Shown: piece by piece, positions 38,782 through 54,500 of the stretch
How the letters are laid out: each line of letters opens with the position of its first letter
Position numbering within the stretch: position 1 is the stretch's first letter
Assembly: GCA_012295275.1 (NCBI GenBank)
Contig: CM022672.1
Location: 3,410,001-3,474,000 of the forward strand
Reading direction: 5' to 3'
DNA length: 64,000 nucleotides
Source: Chrysomallon squamiferum
Lineage: Eukaryota; Animalia; Mollusca
The notes under the pieces: generated by a model
Told to the model about the DNA's origin: nothing
The model's database searches: none
Seen by the model: only the letters and a program-made list of their open reading frames with translations
Program-made: the position numbers and the translations under genes

Positions 38782-40867
38782 GTTTAAGTGTATGTGTATT
38801 GCTTATAAAATATTAATGCATTCTGAAAGCATTTCTTGACACATTTTGCAGACAATACCCCTTCAACTTGAGAGCAAACGTGCAAATCTGAACACCCACT
38901 GTACAAAACACTTACATGTTTCAAAGATACGGTTATATGTTAAACTATAAGTCAACAGTGGAAAGTATTAATTCGTTGTGGTTTAACTTTACTGTAGATA
39001 AATACCAACAAGTTATAAAGTATTGACAAAACTACACTTAAGTAGGTATATATACATACAGACAGGTAAAAGGTGATGAGGTACAAATCATGATTTATAC
39101 AGGTAACTACTAACAGGTGTGCATGTAGTTGTGTACATAAAAACAAACCAGGTAAAGGTAGGAATGTGTAATCAGTGATTTGTTGAGAGTCATGCAGAAA
39201 GTATTCCAAACATGTAGATATGAAAATATATAATTTTTTTTTTTTTTTAAAAACCATTATTTTTTTTATTAAGCTACATTTCAAAGCTGCCCAGATTATG
39301 TTATTTATTAAAATGAGCTCAGGTAATACATACATACATACATATATATATATACAGAGCTCATCTAATATAAATCTTAATCAAGTTAGTACAGAATACT
39401 GTATCAACAAAGTCAGTCATATGTTAATATTAAGTATAATTATAACACTAATTACTATGCTGCTGTAAGAAGTATATAAAAATCAGTACAGAAGGAAAAA
39501 AACTTTACATCATATGTAATAATAATAATAAAAATATAAATAAATAACAAAAACCTTTTTCAGAAATAGATGAAGGAAAAAATAAAAAAAGAACATTATG
39601 ATGAAAATATCTGTATGTATTACATGTCAGAAAAAGTATTGAACAGTAAGTAACTACATAAACTTGTACACATTCAAGCTGTATCAGTTACAACAGAATG
39701 TTTCAAAATTCTGAAACATTGTTTTTTGTAGGAACTGATTAACACATTCAGAAAGGTGTATGGACACCAAAACATGAACAAATATCATTCTCTGTTCTTT
39801 AACAAATCCTGGTGTTATTTTATTTGTATAATTAAGAAATTAAAACCATGATTTAAGAAAATAATATTTATCATTATGAAAGCTTACACCATTAGCAATT
39901 CAAAAATATAATTGTTTTTGAAACATTTTTTTTTAGGGAATTAGTACCAGTATTTAATGTATATGCAATCAAATACATTCCAGATATGATTGTGTGCATG
40001 CCTTGTATCATCGTTTTCTTGCCTTTATATAAAATACTCAAAATTTTTCAAATATAGTTTCACTGGTTGTGGTTTATCAACAAATTGTATACATTTTTAA
40101 ACCTTTCAGTAAAAGAAAATAGTTTTTCTTCATAATTGTTTATTATTATATATATATATATATATATATATAAATGAATCATAAATTATTTAATAAATGC
40201 ATAAACTTCTCTTTCTTTTTGCAACCTTGAAAATTTGTGCCTCTATTAATGCAGGCTTTTCTGTTCAAAATAGAACTTTTGATTTCAGTCTTATTTATTT
40301 ATTTTTTTTTTTTCAGAAAATTCTCAGAGTAGATTGTTAATCAACATAGCAGTCAGTTTACAAGTTAAAGATCTATTCAATGAAATACAAGTGATACATT
40401 TTAATAATATTTTTTACAAATTTAAATATTTTTTTTTTACTTTAATTAGTAAAGATATTTAACTATCAAAAATGGGGTCCTTGTTTTGTAAAAAAAAATT
40501 CTGAATACTTTTATATATCACAAATTTAACAAATAACAAGACAATGTAACTTTTTTTGTGTGTGTTTTTATGTTTTAAATTATATATATATATGTATAAA
40601 CATACACGAGACTAGCAGTGGTTTGTGCAATAAATGTCAGTGTACAGGAAAACATTAACAATACCGAACCTGCTGAAATACTCATCCAAGATCAATAAAA
40701 ACCAATATATTGACAGTAATAATAATCTTAATGTTCACAATATTGGCATGTAAGTTTAGTACAGATTTCTATAGAAGAAAAACATGCACTATTTTACCTA
40801 CTTCAAGTGATAATCATTTTATTGGCAACAGAAATTAATGTTTATTTGTGTGTGGGTATGGGTGTTC

Positions 40868-40869
40868 GT

Positions 40870-40924
<55 letters not shown>
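40868..40924. repeat. (GT)n microsatellite
   Basis: Visible directly in the sequence. Confidence 0.95.
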
Positions 40925-40929
<5 letters not shown>

Positions 40930-42858
40930 GACAAAGTGTTTATTGTTATTGTTTTAAATAAAATACTATTCAGAGTCATTTCTCTTTATTTTAAATACTT
41001 AGTTTTTAATTTACAATGCTTATTTCTTTAGCCATGCAGATTTGTCATCACAGTTGCCATTGATCAATCATCTTAACATTCCAGTTTGGTGTCCGGATTT
41101 TTCTTTTTTTAAGAATAGAAACTATGAAAAGATAATCTATAAATGTATGATACATAAAAAAAAAATGACAAGAAAAAGAAATCAGTTCTATGATCAAATG
41201 ATGAAGGGAAACAAAAGTTTATCACATTTTATAAAATAGATGAAAAAAAAAAAAATGCTGCTACAAAAATACACTAGTTTTAAAATCAAGATGGACGGAT
41301 GTAACAGAACAGTAAAGGTGGGTTTTTATTGGACCACAAGTCATGAGCACCAGACGCAATTACAGAAAATCTAAAAAGCCATTTTTTTTATTTTTCTTAA
41401 AACCTTCAAATTCCATAATAACATAATGAGAAAGCTCTGTGTTTACTAAACAAAGTAAATAGTACAATACACACCACTGTGTTTCAACTACTCCAGAGGA
41501 AACAAAATAAACACAGAGTCAAGTATTTACACAGCTAGAGCTTCTATGATCTGTACTTTTGTGAATATTTCATTTTTTATAACGAGACATTTTATTATGA
41601 ACATATTACAAGAGTTAGAAACTCAAAATATAAACTTGTAAAACAGACAGTCCACCCACACTAAGATTTTAACTCACACCCTACCCTAGGGTTAAACTTT
41701 AAACACTCATTCAAGTGCTGTTTTAAAGCAACAAGGTCAAACAGCAACGTAAATAGGAAACCTGATCTGTTTCGATGTTATATATTTTAGCTGATACCTG
41801 AATATAAACCTCTGTTATATATATATATTAATTTCAGGATGTATGTGAAACATGCAACAAAGCTGATGTATTAATTTACTGTTATATTCATTATTTACTG
41901 ATATGTTTAGTGTTTTATTTATTAATTATTTACTGTTATGCTTAGATTATAAAATAATTTATAATATAATAATGAGCTAATACCGAGTCAAAGTCATTTT
42001 ACTCTGTATTTGCTGTTAGACCTTGGGTGTTAAATCTATCTGTTAAATATTTCCTTATAAATTATTTAATACTGCTACTCAATGTTTCATTATCTTTCTT
42101 TCTTGATAATATATATTTTTTGTTTTTTTCAAATTTAATTTTTACAACTTTTGGATCATAATTTTTGTTTTATCATTATTATTAAAAATCCGAAACTAAT
42201 TCGCTATGACTGAAAAAAATAATAATAATAAACTGGCAATGTCATAATGGTTCATTATATGGCAAACCTATTCTACATTATTTTCACCATTATCTAAAAT
42301 TTTAAAATACATTTAAAATAGAGAAATGATGTCATGAAATGAATACAAAATGGAATGCTGTTTGTTATCATGAACAACATTTAATATATAATATATTTTA
42401 AAAAAAAAAAAAAAAATAATAATAATAATGTGCAGGCTATCAATTTAATAAATTGAAAAAAAAAAACAGAGAAAGAAAAAAGGCAAGGGTAGACAACTCA
42501 TGTCAAAGTACCATGCCACATGTTCACTGCAAATGTGAGGAGGACAATGTTTCACTGATTTTTTTTTTTTTTTTTTTTTAACACATGATTAACTTGTTTC
42601 AAACACTGTAATCATAATGTGAATTTTAACAAGCTGAGAGTACTGTTATCACAACAGATACACAAGCTGTTGTATCCAAAAATCCACACACAATAATTTC
42701 ATTATAATATATTCTTTTTTAAATCACTAATCACATGTGTACTGTGTTGCTTCCATCCTTCACTTGACAGTTAAACCATCCCTGAGATCAAACACTTATC
42801 CCTGAAAAAAAAAAAATTGTTTTTTTTTTTTTTTATTTTTTTTTTTAAAGAAAATAGT

Positions 42859-43194
42859 TCAGTGGCTCTCAATTTGATCAATATCTAAGTCAGTCAAGGG
42901 GAACAACTCCGATGCATTGTCAGCATCATCACCTTGACAACCACAACCACTTTCATCATCGTCTCCAATAAGTCGAACAGGTTCACATATATTAACTCCA
43001 CTACACAAGTTCTTCATGGGCGTGCCATTCGAGAAACCCGCGTCCCCACCTAGGTGTCTGCTGTCTTTGATAGGACTGGCAGAAAAATAATCAACACCAT
43101 GTTTTGTAGGAAAATCTGTGTCCTGTGGAGAGCTTGCTATTGGCATTAGACACATCACTGGTTCAGCATCGTCTCGAAACCGCGAGCTTCGCTT
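42859..43194 (-). CDS. FAM53A: FAM53 terminal exon
   Basis: ctctttcag|AAGCGA; ends ELFPLTDLDIDQIESH followed by TGA. Confidence 0.9.
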   Translation of the reverse strand, partial: KRSSRFRDDAEPVMCLMPIASSPQDTDFPTKHGVDYFSASPIKDSRHLGGDAGFSNGTPMKNLCSGVNICEPVRLIGDDDESGCGCQGDDADNASELFPLTDLDIDQIESH

Positions 43195-46100
43195 CTGAAA
43201 GAGAATTTTATTTGTTTATTTTTTAATAAAACATAAAAAATTAAATATTTTCAGTCATATTAATCTCTTATGTGTAAGTTAGAATCAACATTGTCAACGT
43301 GTAAGATAAACAGTAAAGTTCTAACAAATAGAGGACTGAATTATTTTTGATGAATGAGAATACACAGTAATTATGTGCATGTGAATAATTTTCAGTAAGT
43401 ATCTATCTCTGTATTTCTGCCTGCTTGCATCCAGTATAACATACATACATCAATGTCAAAAAATGTTTTAGTTTTTTTTTCTACTTGTAAGTGTTTGATA
43501 AAAATGCAGTATTTAAACTGTAATTTATTTTTCCTTTCATCTCTACAAAGTTACTGCACGTGAAAGAGATTGTACTACTTAAAATATTTCTCACATGATT
43601 AACTAGATTATGAAGTTAACCCAATCTCGGACATGTTGTAAGTTAGCCAAAAGGAGGACATTTTATGTGATGATTCCAACAAACAGGAACGCACATGCCA
43701 TGGTTTTTGATGAACCAGCTGATGGCATGGAGTTGAAGAGGAAACAATTAAATGGGTGTGTTACAGGGAACTTATTTCATGATCTCAGCCATGCACCCCA
43801 TTTACCAAGAAGATACTTTTAATTATCCCCGAGATAAGCTTAATTAAAAAAGATACCATAATTATCAAAATATGTTATTATAATAAATTAATCTCTAATT
43901 CCTGGTATATTAATATGTCATCAAGGAAAACATTTTTTTTTTATATATATTTTTTATAATTATTATTACTATTCCCTGTTCATTTTATTTGTGTTCAAAA
44001 TTCCAATGCTGAAGGAAATTAAAAAAAAAAAAAAAAAGTTTTTAAATGTCACCTGCTGATCAAAGCCAGGAGTATCAACAGGGTCTGATCTCTGGTTACG
44101 TCCATAGGCAGTCTGAAAAATAAAATTAACATTTGTATTATCTATTACACAATGCATTAACTTTCCCACAAGTGGGTGGATTTGTATGCATATGTACACA
44201 TGTGTGTATTGTCTTCTTAATGAGAAATTTAAATCCACTCTTAGTCATTTCCTCTTAATGACCTCACTGCAAATTATGATGGGAAATGTTTTCTAATTAT
44301 ATTTTTTTTAAACAAAAGAACAGATATGCATGTACAAACAAATACAGATAAATACACACATATAATCACAAACACACACACTCACTCATACACATATGCT
44401 ACAAAATCTTTTTCTCTCTCTAATGCGGAATTTCAACATCTTTTCTTTCTGAAACTCACATATGCATTTACAATTAATTTACTGTGATAATTAAATGTGT
44501 CCATTAAAATTTGATAAAATTATGGTGCATATATTATCTGTGATTACCAGGGGCCATAATAATTATGTGCATGGGAATAATTTTCAGTAAGTATCTATCT
44601 CTGTATTTCTACCTGCCTACATGCATCCAGTATAACATACATACATCAATGTCAATATAAATTTTAGTCATATTTCTACTTGTAACTGTTTGATAAAAAT
44701 GCAGTATTTAAACTGAGATTTATTTTACCTTTCATCTCTGCAAAGTACTGCACATGAAAGAGGTTGTACTACTTAAAATATTTTTCACATGATTAACTAG
44801 ATTATGAAGTTAACCCTTTCTCAGACATGTCTGTCACTCAATCTTTGAATCATGCCTGTTCCTGCTCCCTTTCAACAAGAAATTATCACACTTTTAAATA
44901 TTTCCTTTCAATACATCTCACATACGTAACACTGGTGTTTCCTTACAAAGCATCTTTCTGCAAGTAACTATATCAGCATCTTGTTCACTTTTAAGATCAT
45001 GACTAGTAGCTGAGTGGCTAACATTTGAAGTGGTTTGTGAAATGACAGACTGCTAGATCAATGTTCTTTAGCATATCTCTGGGAAAATTTTCCAGTCTAG
45101 ATTGAATACCATAAATAATTTATCAAAACAGAACATTTATTCACTGCCCTTTCTATGAGAGGGTTTATACAAAAGACTGTCTTTTGCTGACATGATTGGT
45201 TCAAAAGTTATGATTCTTTCTCAAGTTATTATATATGATTATGAAATACAGTAATAACATTTAATAACTATTAATATCATTCCTCCAGTGTTTTTAAGTA
45301 AAAACTATTATGCACTGACTGAAATTCAGAAATAATATTTCATAACAAAAAAAAAGCTGTCTGCTTCTGATGGAGAGATGAAACGAACATTTTAAATGCA
45401 GAATATTTTCTCAAGGCATGTTCAGATGGATATATGATTAATCATCCTCTATTATAGAAGGACATATTAGATTATTTGTCACTTCTGTCAACTCGGGTGT
45501 ATAAAAAGATCACAGATAGAGCATTCTTGACTGTGGGAAAGAAAATCTAAAAGGTTTTTTTTTTTAGTTTTTTATTTCCACACAGTAATCAAATAAGCAG
45601 CTTTGTGTCATCTGGATTGTCAGACTGACATTTAAAAAATCTGCTGATTCATTAAACTTTAAGGAAATTTTTTTTTTTCTTCTTGCATGAATCTTTTATA
45701 ATTTATTATAACAGAACAGGAAACAATTGTATTGTTTTCCATCTGTATCTAATGCAATTTTTCATGACAAAAATGAATAGAACTTTCATATTAATACTTT
45801 TACTTTACTGTTCACTACTGATCTCTTTTTTAATGACTGAAGCTGTTTTAAAATTTTGTAATTGTTATGAAACAAAATATTGTATATCATATTATTAAGG
45901 CTGACATTCCTTAGATTATATGATATAAACATATTTACTACTGTATATGACCTGAAGTCACTGCCTTAAGCTACAAATATTCTTTTTTTTTATTATTGTT
46001 AAAACTATTATAAAGCCTGTAACCAAATCACTTGAAGCACTTTAGGAAATATTCTGTCTACAAAGCAAATTACTCTGTACACTTAGCAAATAATAAATAA

Positions 46101-46651
46101 AACTTTAAAATACCATTGCTGTTGATACTGTCCAAAATAGGAAGTATTTAATAATATCTGATTAATTACTCACTAACCTGTAACCAGGTAACATATTAAC
46201 CAGCAAACTTTTTCTTTTAAAAATACTAAACTGTTTGAATTTTAACTGGATACAGATACCTAAACTTGGCAGTGTAAAAAAAAAAAAAAAAAAAAAAAAA
46301 TGGTTTACTTGGTGAGTGAGTGAGAGTTCATGCATGTGTCTGACATAAACTAAAACAATACAGTCTACATAATCCTGCAGTGCTGTTTGAATTATTCAAG
46401 CAAGTCACACTGAAGTTATGTAAAGCCAGTGGAATGTGCAAGTGTAACGACAACAACAACAAAAATGTCTTTGAAAATGTTATGGTAGCTTTAAACATTT
46501 TCAGAATAAAAGCACTTAGAAAAAAATCAAAATCAAAAACTGTTGAAAAAAACCCATCAAATTGGTACGAACAGCAACATATTCAACTACATGCAATCTA
46601 AGGAGTAATATGTTTGAATAATAAAGATAAAGGTTAAAAAATAAATAAAAT

Positions 46652-46702
<51 letters not shown>

Positions 46703-47109
46703 AAGAGAGAGAGAGAGAGATATCAAAGCTATTTAAACTGAAATAACTTCCAAGCCAGAAGCCTTGTTTTGAGCCATGCATATCTGTCAAACTGAAATGC
46801 CTTCTGCGTCTATCACTGGGTGCATAGCTCTAAATAAGTCACTCAACCAGGGTAGCTGACATTACACCTCAATTACAGGCTACATGCCATGAATTTTTAC
46901 ACAGCCATGTTCAACAAACAAGCTCTCTATCAGATTTAGCATAAAAGACTCAGTGTCACACAATATGCAGATACAATCGACGAAACCAGCTACCAAGACA
47001 AATGTGTTTGATCAGCTAGATAAATGCTGGCAGGGGTCGAATTGTTCTATGATAACTACCTGTTTTGAGTGACAGCTTTTTATTAATATTTTTAAAATTA
47101 TTTTCATTT

Positions 47110-47140
<31 letters not shown>

Positions 47141-48204
47141 TATTTTATTTACCACTGATTAACCCATTAGTGTTGTTATAAATAAACACTATTGTTGAAG
47201 ACATTGTTATTACTGTTGTTATGGTTACTGTTATTGTTGTTGTTGTTATTATTATTATTATTATTATTCATATACATTATTCTAATTATTTGTTTGTGAT
47301 TTACACACTAAATTGTTATTACATCCAGAACTGTCAATAAAATAACGAATTTTATTATTATTATTATTGTTGTTGTTGTTAATATTATTCTTATTTGAAA
47401 CCTTTTCATTCTTCTTATTATTATTATTATTACTATTACTAAGTTATTATTCTTCTAATGACCTGAGTTATTCTGAAGGCAGTCAGTCCTGGGCTACATT
47501 ACTCCTACAATGTCAGTGTAACCATTATTAAAGTGTCATCTAAAAGATGACTAATCATTTAAACTGTGGGTGGTCATTCTAACATTTTACATTTTTCATA
47601 CTCTTTTTTTTTTTCTTTTTTTTTTCATTTACAAATGACATTTAAAATTAAAAACATTTTCAAAAAAATAATTGAAATAATAAAAAATTAATAAAAGAAA
47701 AAAGATTGAAAATAAATTAATATTTATCTTTCTAAATTTTTAAAACCTGCAATAATATATAAAATTAAAAAAAAAAAAAAAATAATAATAATAATAATGA
47801 CTTGGCTTCATTCCAGAGGTTTATGTCATTCCTTGCAATCTCTCTCTGCAGGCAAACTTCTGGTAATAAAATACTACAGAGTGTTAATGTAGTTTATATG
47901 TCGCTAGATAACATCTTGAGAAATAAATAATACAATATTATGTATATCTTGTTAGTTTGATTGTTTGTTTAATTTATATATATATATATATATAAAAAAC
48001 ATGATTATAATATTATGTACATTAGTTTAATAAAACTTTTAAATTTTAAATCTAATCCAGTTTCACGAGTAAATGTATTTATTGTTTTTAATAAATAATT
48101 ACACGAAAGGAGAAAAAATATAATTAATTTTTTTTTCTTAATTTTTCTTTATTTTTTTATTATTATTTTTTTTAAATAGTAAAACTAATCTACTTGATAA
48201 TACA

Positions 48205-48239
<35 letters not shown>

Positions 48240-51200
48240 TTTTTTTTTACCTCTGTCATCTTATGGAAGTTAAGAGTTGGTCTATCCGAATCTCTTCTTC
48301 TCTTCTTGCCAAATCTTCTGTCATGAAGAACACAGGGCTGAGACCGACACCGGGGAATCTTGTGACGATATGGAGACAGGGAAGTGGGACTCGAGACACC
48401 AGTCGCAAACGACACCGAGCCAAGTCGCGAACTTGTAGATATTTGGTCCTCGTATGAAAGACTGCGGCTCTGGAGTATTTCAAATCTGCTTCTGTTTGGA
48501 CTCTGTTCAAGCCAGGATCCATATGAAACATCACTGAGAGCTGATGATGGCCTTGGAATGGGTGATCCTGGAGGCGTTTGAAGGTCAGAGGTCGTGAAGT
48601 GACCACTGTCAATACTCGGTGAGGGAGCCACTGGAACAGTGTGAGTGAAATCTGGCGCCTTTTGACCGTCGCTGTGAAAGTTGACGAGGTTTCTGTTTGG
48701 TTGTTGAGTATTGTTGTTTGTAAGAGGAATCACTGCTATTGGTCTCCACAGCTTTGATCCCTGGGTGTGGAGGAGAGAGCCTGCGGAAGGATCAGCAGGC
48801 ACAGACAGTGATCTGCAGTATTTCTTTGTGGGAGGGGCAGTAGGTGTGCCAGGGCTGTTATCACAGATGGAGGGTTTATGAGCTTGCTTCTTGTGTCGGT
48901 CATCAGCTTTCGAGTGCTTGGTCACAGGCTCTGATTTCAGAGACAGTGTCCAGACATTCCTTCCTGTAAAATGTGTAGATAAAATATTTAAGTGAAATAA
49001 CTAAATTCCTCATATCACTCATACACATGCAATTATGTATTTGAAATAATAAAAAAAAGTAATCAAAATAAAACACTTAATGTAAATGTATATTTACTAA
49101 ATAAAAGCTTACTTGTTATAAACAGATAAAAACTTAATTTAAAAAAAACATTATGAGCTTTGAAATATATTCTGTATAAAAACTATCTAAAAGAAAAAGA
49201 TGATAGTACCTTTGACCGCAAGACTTGTCTGTGTGGAACAAGGAATGGAATCAATCGTTGAATTCTGAAAAAAATCAGGGAAAATTAATTGCAAGAAAAG
49301 AAAAACAAAAGCAGTATCATAAAAACTAACTTCTGTTTAAGACAAAAACAAAACAAAAAAACCTTACTAAAATACTATCTGTATGAAGAAACTAAATGTG
49401 AAATTTAATTAGCTCTATCTTCCACACATCGATATACATCCATTCACTCAACTAATAACAGACATAGATATGTATTTAGTTCATAATAAAATGGAAAATA
49501 AAAAAGAAGATATTGTTTTAAAATATGCCTTACCATATTCTACTGTGGATATTGAAACAGAGAATTGCAAGTGATTTAAACAAAAGCAAAAAACAATAAA
49601 CAAATTAAAAACAATAACCATTTATAGAAGCCTTTAGTCATTCTTAACAATGTGTCACAATTCTGAAATCATCATTTCCTTCCTACAATGAGCTCAAACA
49701 ATACAATGAATAATTTGATCTGTTTTATTGATACCAACAATAAATTTAGCTAAACCATTTCTCAAAGCAATGAAGCCCATCCATCCACTTTAACAACAAC
49801 TATTGATATTCTGAATATTATATTTTATTTAATAATACCACAATTTCAAGGCTAAAGTTTATTAGGTATTCAAGAGATTAATGGGTTTTTTGTCAGTAAT
49901 GACAGCATGATAGAGGGAGTCTGACAACAATGTCCATGGCAGCTAGGCATCTTTTAGATATGTTTCTTTCACAGTAAAGTGTATATTATCTTATCAGCGC
50001 ACCATGAAGAATTGATCCTGTAATCCACAGCTCTTCAGGACAGTGTTCAAACCATGGAGCAACAGCCTATTCAAATAAACATTACCTAGACTCATAGACA
50101 AAGATTGTTATTCCTTTTTCCTATCACGATAGTGCATGTCGTATCTTCTATCTGCAGATCCAGCCATCTACAGTTAAAAGTCTGAGAACAATAAAAGCAG
50201 GCTGTAAAAGCAGCAGCTAGGACTGGTGGTTGATCAATGAGAAGAGTGTAAGGTAGCAGTGTGGACTCTAATCAAGATAAAGAGATGGCTAAGTCCAGTG
50301 AAACAAGCAGCATTGATCTCAAATCAATTTGCAGCATCTCTTGAACAAGCTGAGAGTCTTTGTACAAATACATACTTTGTGTTTACCTCACCCACTAACA
50401 CTGACATCTGATAAACAAATATTGACCAGCCACAGCCAAGGAATCATTTCAGCCATCTCCAATAACAACTGAGTCAACTCACCAAGTTATCTGTCATTGT
50501 TGAATAAATATCTAGTAATTCTCTGATGATGGACAAGAGATATAAATAATAAATTACTTGGCTATCCAGTTTAATATCAGTTTCATATATATCAGTAGTT
50601 TACTAAACTGAATGTAGATATGAAAGGGTGGGTGGGGAAACTTTCTAAGTCAACTTTAAGAAACTTTTATTTTTAATATTATTAATTTAGTTTTAAGTGA
50701 CCATAGATACTTTTTATAATGGTCGACATCTCTACTTGATTAGATCAGTATGTTGGTACTATCATATCAGATACATTAGTAAGTAAAATATTGTATCACA
50801 CAATTAATAATGTGGGAAACTGCAATATAAATGTTGAAAAATCTATCTGCACAAAGATATTCATAATTACATTAAGAAAGCACATACATACACCCACATG
50901 CACACGTACGCCCACATGCACACATACACACACTGGCACCAATAGAAAACAAACAAGAAATACACAGAGGCACAAAAACACAACAAATAATAAAATGATA
51001 AAACCTAACAATTACCACAAAAAAAATTCCAAAAATAAAATGGCTCAGTAAAAGCAAATACATCTCATTTTATAAACATTTGTTTCATCACTTCTGGCTA
51101 TTAACGTGGTTTCAAAGACTGATAAATGGTGGGAACACAGATTTAATCTTTTAAGGATTCCACAATGTTAACACAACGAGTACCTGGCAGTTGCCAATAA

Positions 51201-51442
51201 AACAAGGAATTACCACCTGCCAGTTTGATAAAGATACCATACATGTATCTGACATTTTCCATTAATTCTCGACTTAACAAACAAAATCTGTCTACTGATT
51301 ATGTTTTTAACAATGGATAGCTTGATGAACTGAAATGAGACCAGCAGTTATAGTTCTCCGTTTTTTAACACTTTTATGTGCTCTGTTAAAAAAATATGTT
51401 TGTTGTTTTTGTTTCTGGTGGGAATTTTTTGGTGATTGTTAG

Positions 51443-51502
<60 letters not shown>

Positions 51503-54500
51503 CTTTTATTTTATTATTATTATTATCTAATTTATTTATTTATCGATTTTCTTAACTGTTATCATAGACAGACATGAATCAAATTACATACTGTACATAC
51601 TTCTGAAGTAGATATTTTAAAAAAAAGAAAAAAAATGTATTTGTTTGTTTCAAAATGCTGTTACAGTTATATTGTTATAGTAATACAGCAATCTTGTGAG
51701 AAAGCACATATTCCTTTCTCTTTTTTTTTATCTTTTTCCTTTTTCTTTTCATTTACCTTCATAATCATCCTCAGATATTAAATTCACTTTAACTTGAGGT
51801 AGAAACATAACTTCTGTATTTTTGTCATCAGATTTTGTTTTATTGGTATTTTTTATTTTGTCATTTTTATTTGTTACACAAGGCATAAAATTGCTAAAAT
51901 AAGATATTCTTAATATTTATAATGTTTACAAAGGGATGGACTGTATGTATTTGTATGCTTAGACATAAGTTTGTGGTATTTGAACATAATTGACTGAACC
52001 AAAATAGAAATATCAAACTAAGCCATAGAATGCTGCTTTGACATTCTGCATTTATAACCTTTATGATATAGCTGGAGAGAAAAGAAAAAAAAAAAAAAGA
52101 AATCCTAATTACTAAACATAATCTACCACAAAACAAAGACAAATCTAAATACTAGGGAAAAATGTTAATGAAAGAAAAAAATATTTACACAAAATTTTTA
52201 AATTATTTTTTTTAATATTTCTGAAGTAAAAAAAAAAGAAAAGAAAATGCAAATCTCACAATTAATTCTTTAATTTAGCTAAAAGAATTTCTATTTCAAA
52301 AACGGCAACAGGCCTGAAACCATTCTAATAAAGTTTCTTCTCAGACGACTTGGGCCCCTCAGCTACATCAATACACTATAGCTAAGCCAATTATACATTG
52401 ACTAAGCCATATTAAACTATTTTGCCCCAGCTGGTTAATATTCCAAGAGCAATTGAGGAATATGTCAGTCAAGTCTAAGCAGATTTTCAATAAATGATTA
52501 AATGTTTAGCAGTGCTACTGCAGATTGTTATCCACAAGCCACAAGGCAAGAAATCTGTAACATTTGTAGGGTGTAAACAAGGTTATGAAAAAAAAATTAA
52601 AAGAAAATAAAAGAAAAAAGAAAAGAAAGAATTGTAAAGAAAAATAATATAAACAAAAAAAGAAAGAAAAGAAATTTTAAATTTAAAACTATTTTTGGAA
52701 TATATTTTGAACCAAATGAACTATAACTGTCCTAATCAGTTCATTATAGACTAATGTGCATTTGCTTGTATGAATTGATCTTTCAACAATATTTTAAGCA
52801 ATAAATCTGTATGTTTTTGTACCTACCAATACCCTACTAAAGCCATATTATCTCAAGTAATAATGTACATCAAACAGTAAACATTTTACTTGTTTAAATT
52901 CATTGTGTATTACAATATTACCATGTACATTTCCATGATTAACCAAAACATTTGCAACTGTTACACTTGTAATATCAACTATCAGCTAAAAAAATGTTTT
53001 AAATTATAATAAATAATAATAATTAAAAAAAAAATAATAACAAAATAAACATTAAATTTAAAAAGAAGAAGAAAAGAAAAAGAAATAGTAATAAAAAAAA
53101 ACACCCCAAAATCCTGCTAAAACTGTTGTCATTTCCGTATTAATTAAGACACTGAACTGTCTCTGGGCCAGTAAGATTTATTTCAAACCTAAAAACAGAA
53201 TCAGAGTTTGCATTTCTCAACACCAAACATGAAATAAAATAGAATTTTAACCAGTGTCACCCAGACCTTAGAGATAAACTGGCATCAACTTCTGAAATAA
53301 TGTCACCTGGTCATCAAAGATTAATGAAAAGGGCATTTATGCCCCCCAGTATTAAAGATTAGGAAAAGAAACTGAAAATATTTGAACCTCTGATAACTAG
53401 TTATTTAAAACCTACACATCTTCCATCATCAAAGAATAGTTTAATACAGTACATTTTAATATTTCATTTGTAAATCCAGTACCAGCTTCAACATGTGGAA
53501 CATTTTGAAAAGCACCAATAAATGAAATCAATAGACCAATATTGACAATCTAGTTTACATGCAACCTTTTATTTCAAAATATAATTGATAAGTCAATTAT
53601 AAAACCATTAACTATGTATAATAATAACTGTACAAATACATTTTAAGTTTGACCTTATCCTGGGTTCATCCTATAAGTAATGTGATATTTTTAAAAATAT
53701 ATCTCCTGTTGATACTTATTGTGCACAACAAATGAGAAAAGCTTTTAACAGGTAAATTCAAAATTACTTTTGATGCTATCTGTGGGAAATGGGTGCCCAC
53801 TGAGCCACCTCACACAAACTGTACAGTTAGTTTTACCCATGGTCTGAATCTGACTGTTAACAAAAGACTAACTGCTCTTCACTGTTAAAAACCAACACAC
53901 AAAGCTGGCTGGAATTTCCATGAAGAAAGCTGTCAAAACATGATCGACAACAGCAAGAATGAATTTTCTGCCTGAGAAAAATAAAATTTCTCTATGCTAT
54001 CATACTTCAATCCATTATGAACAACATTAGACAAATGGCCTTTGCATGTTCACTGTGCGGAAAGCAAATCATATAATAATATATACTGTTCTAAGATGGA
54101 TTCTCTTTTTATTTTCACAGGAAAGAATGTCTTCCGGTTCTTTCATACTTCTTTCTCTTTCCTTTTTCAAAGAATAATAATAAAAATATATATATATATG
54201 ATAATCTGCTTATGGTTCTTCATCCTCCATGTAATAGTATATGACCAGGCAAACAATGCACATAACCTCAATATACTAATGGGAAAAAGCATGATAATTA
54301 CATGCCACATACACCACTGTGTGCAATAAATACTGACAGGTATAATATAATTTTATTAAGTGTTTATCTTTAGCATTTCTTCAGTATGCACACGTGCAGT
54401 GTTATAGCTATTCTTAACTGCGAGTTCTCATGCAGCATGGAAACAAGTTTTTTTTTCTCTTCCAACAACTGTGTGTTACATAAATTGCAGCGTGTTGTGA

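Noticed and set aside
50140-53960. GC-richer blocks in the large FAM53 intron as extra exons or enhancers
   Set aside because: No phase-compatible ORF with good splice sites was found, and a regulatory role cannot be supported without conservation data.
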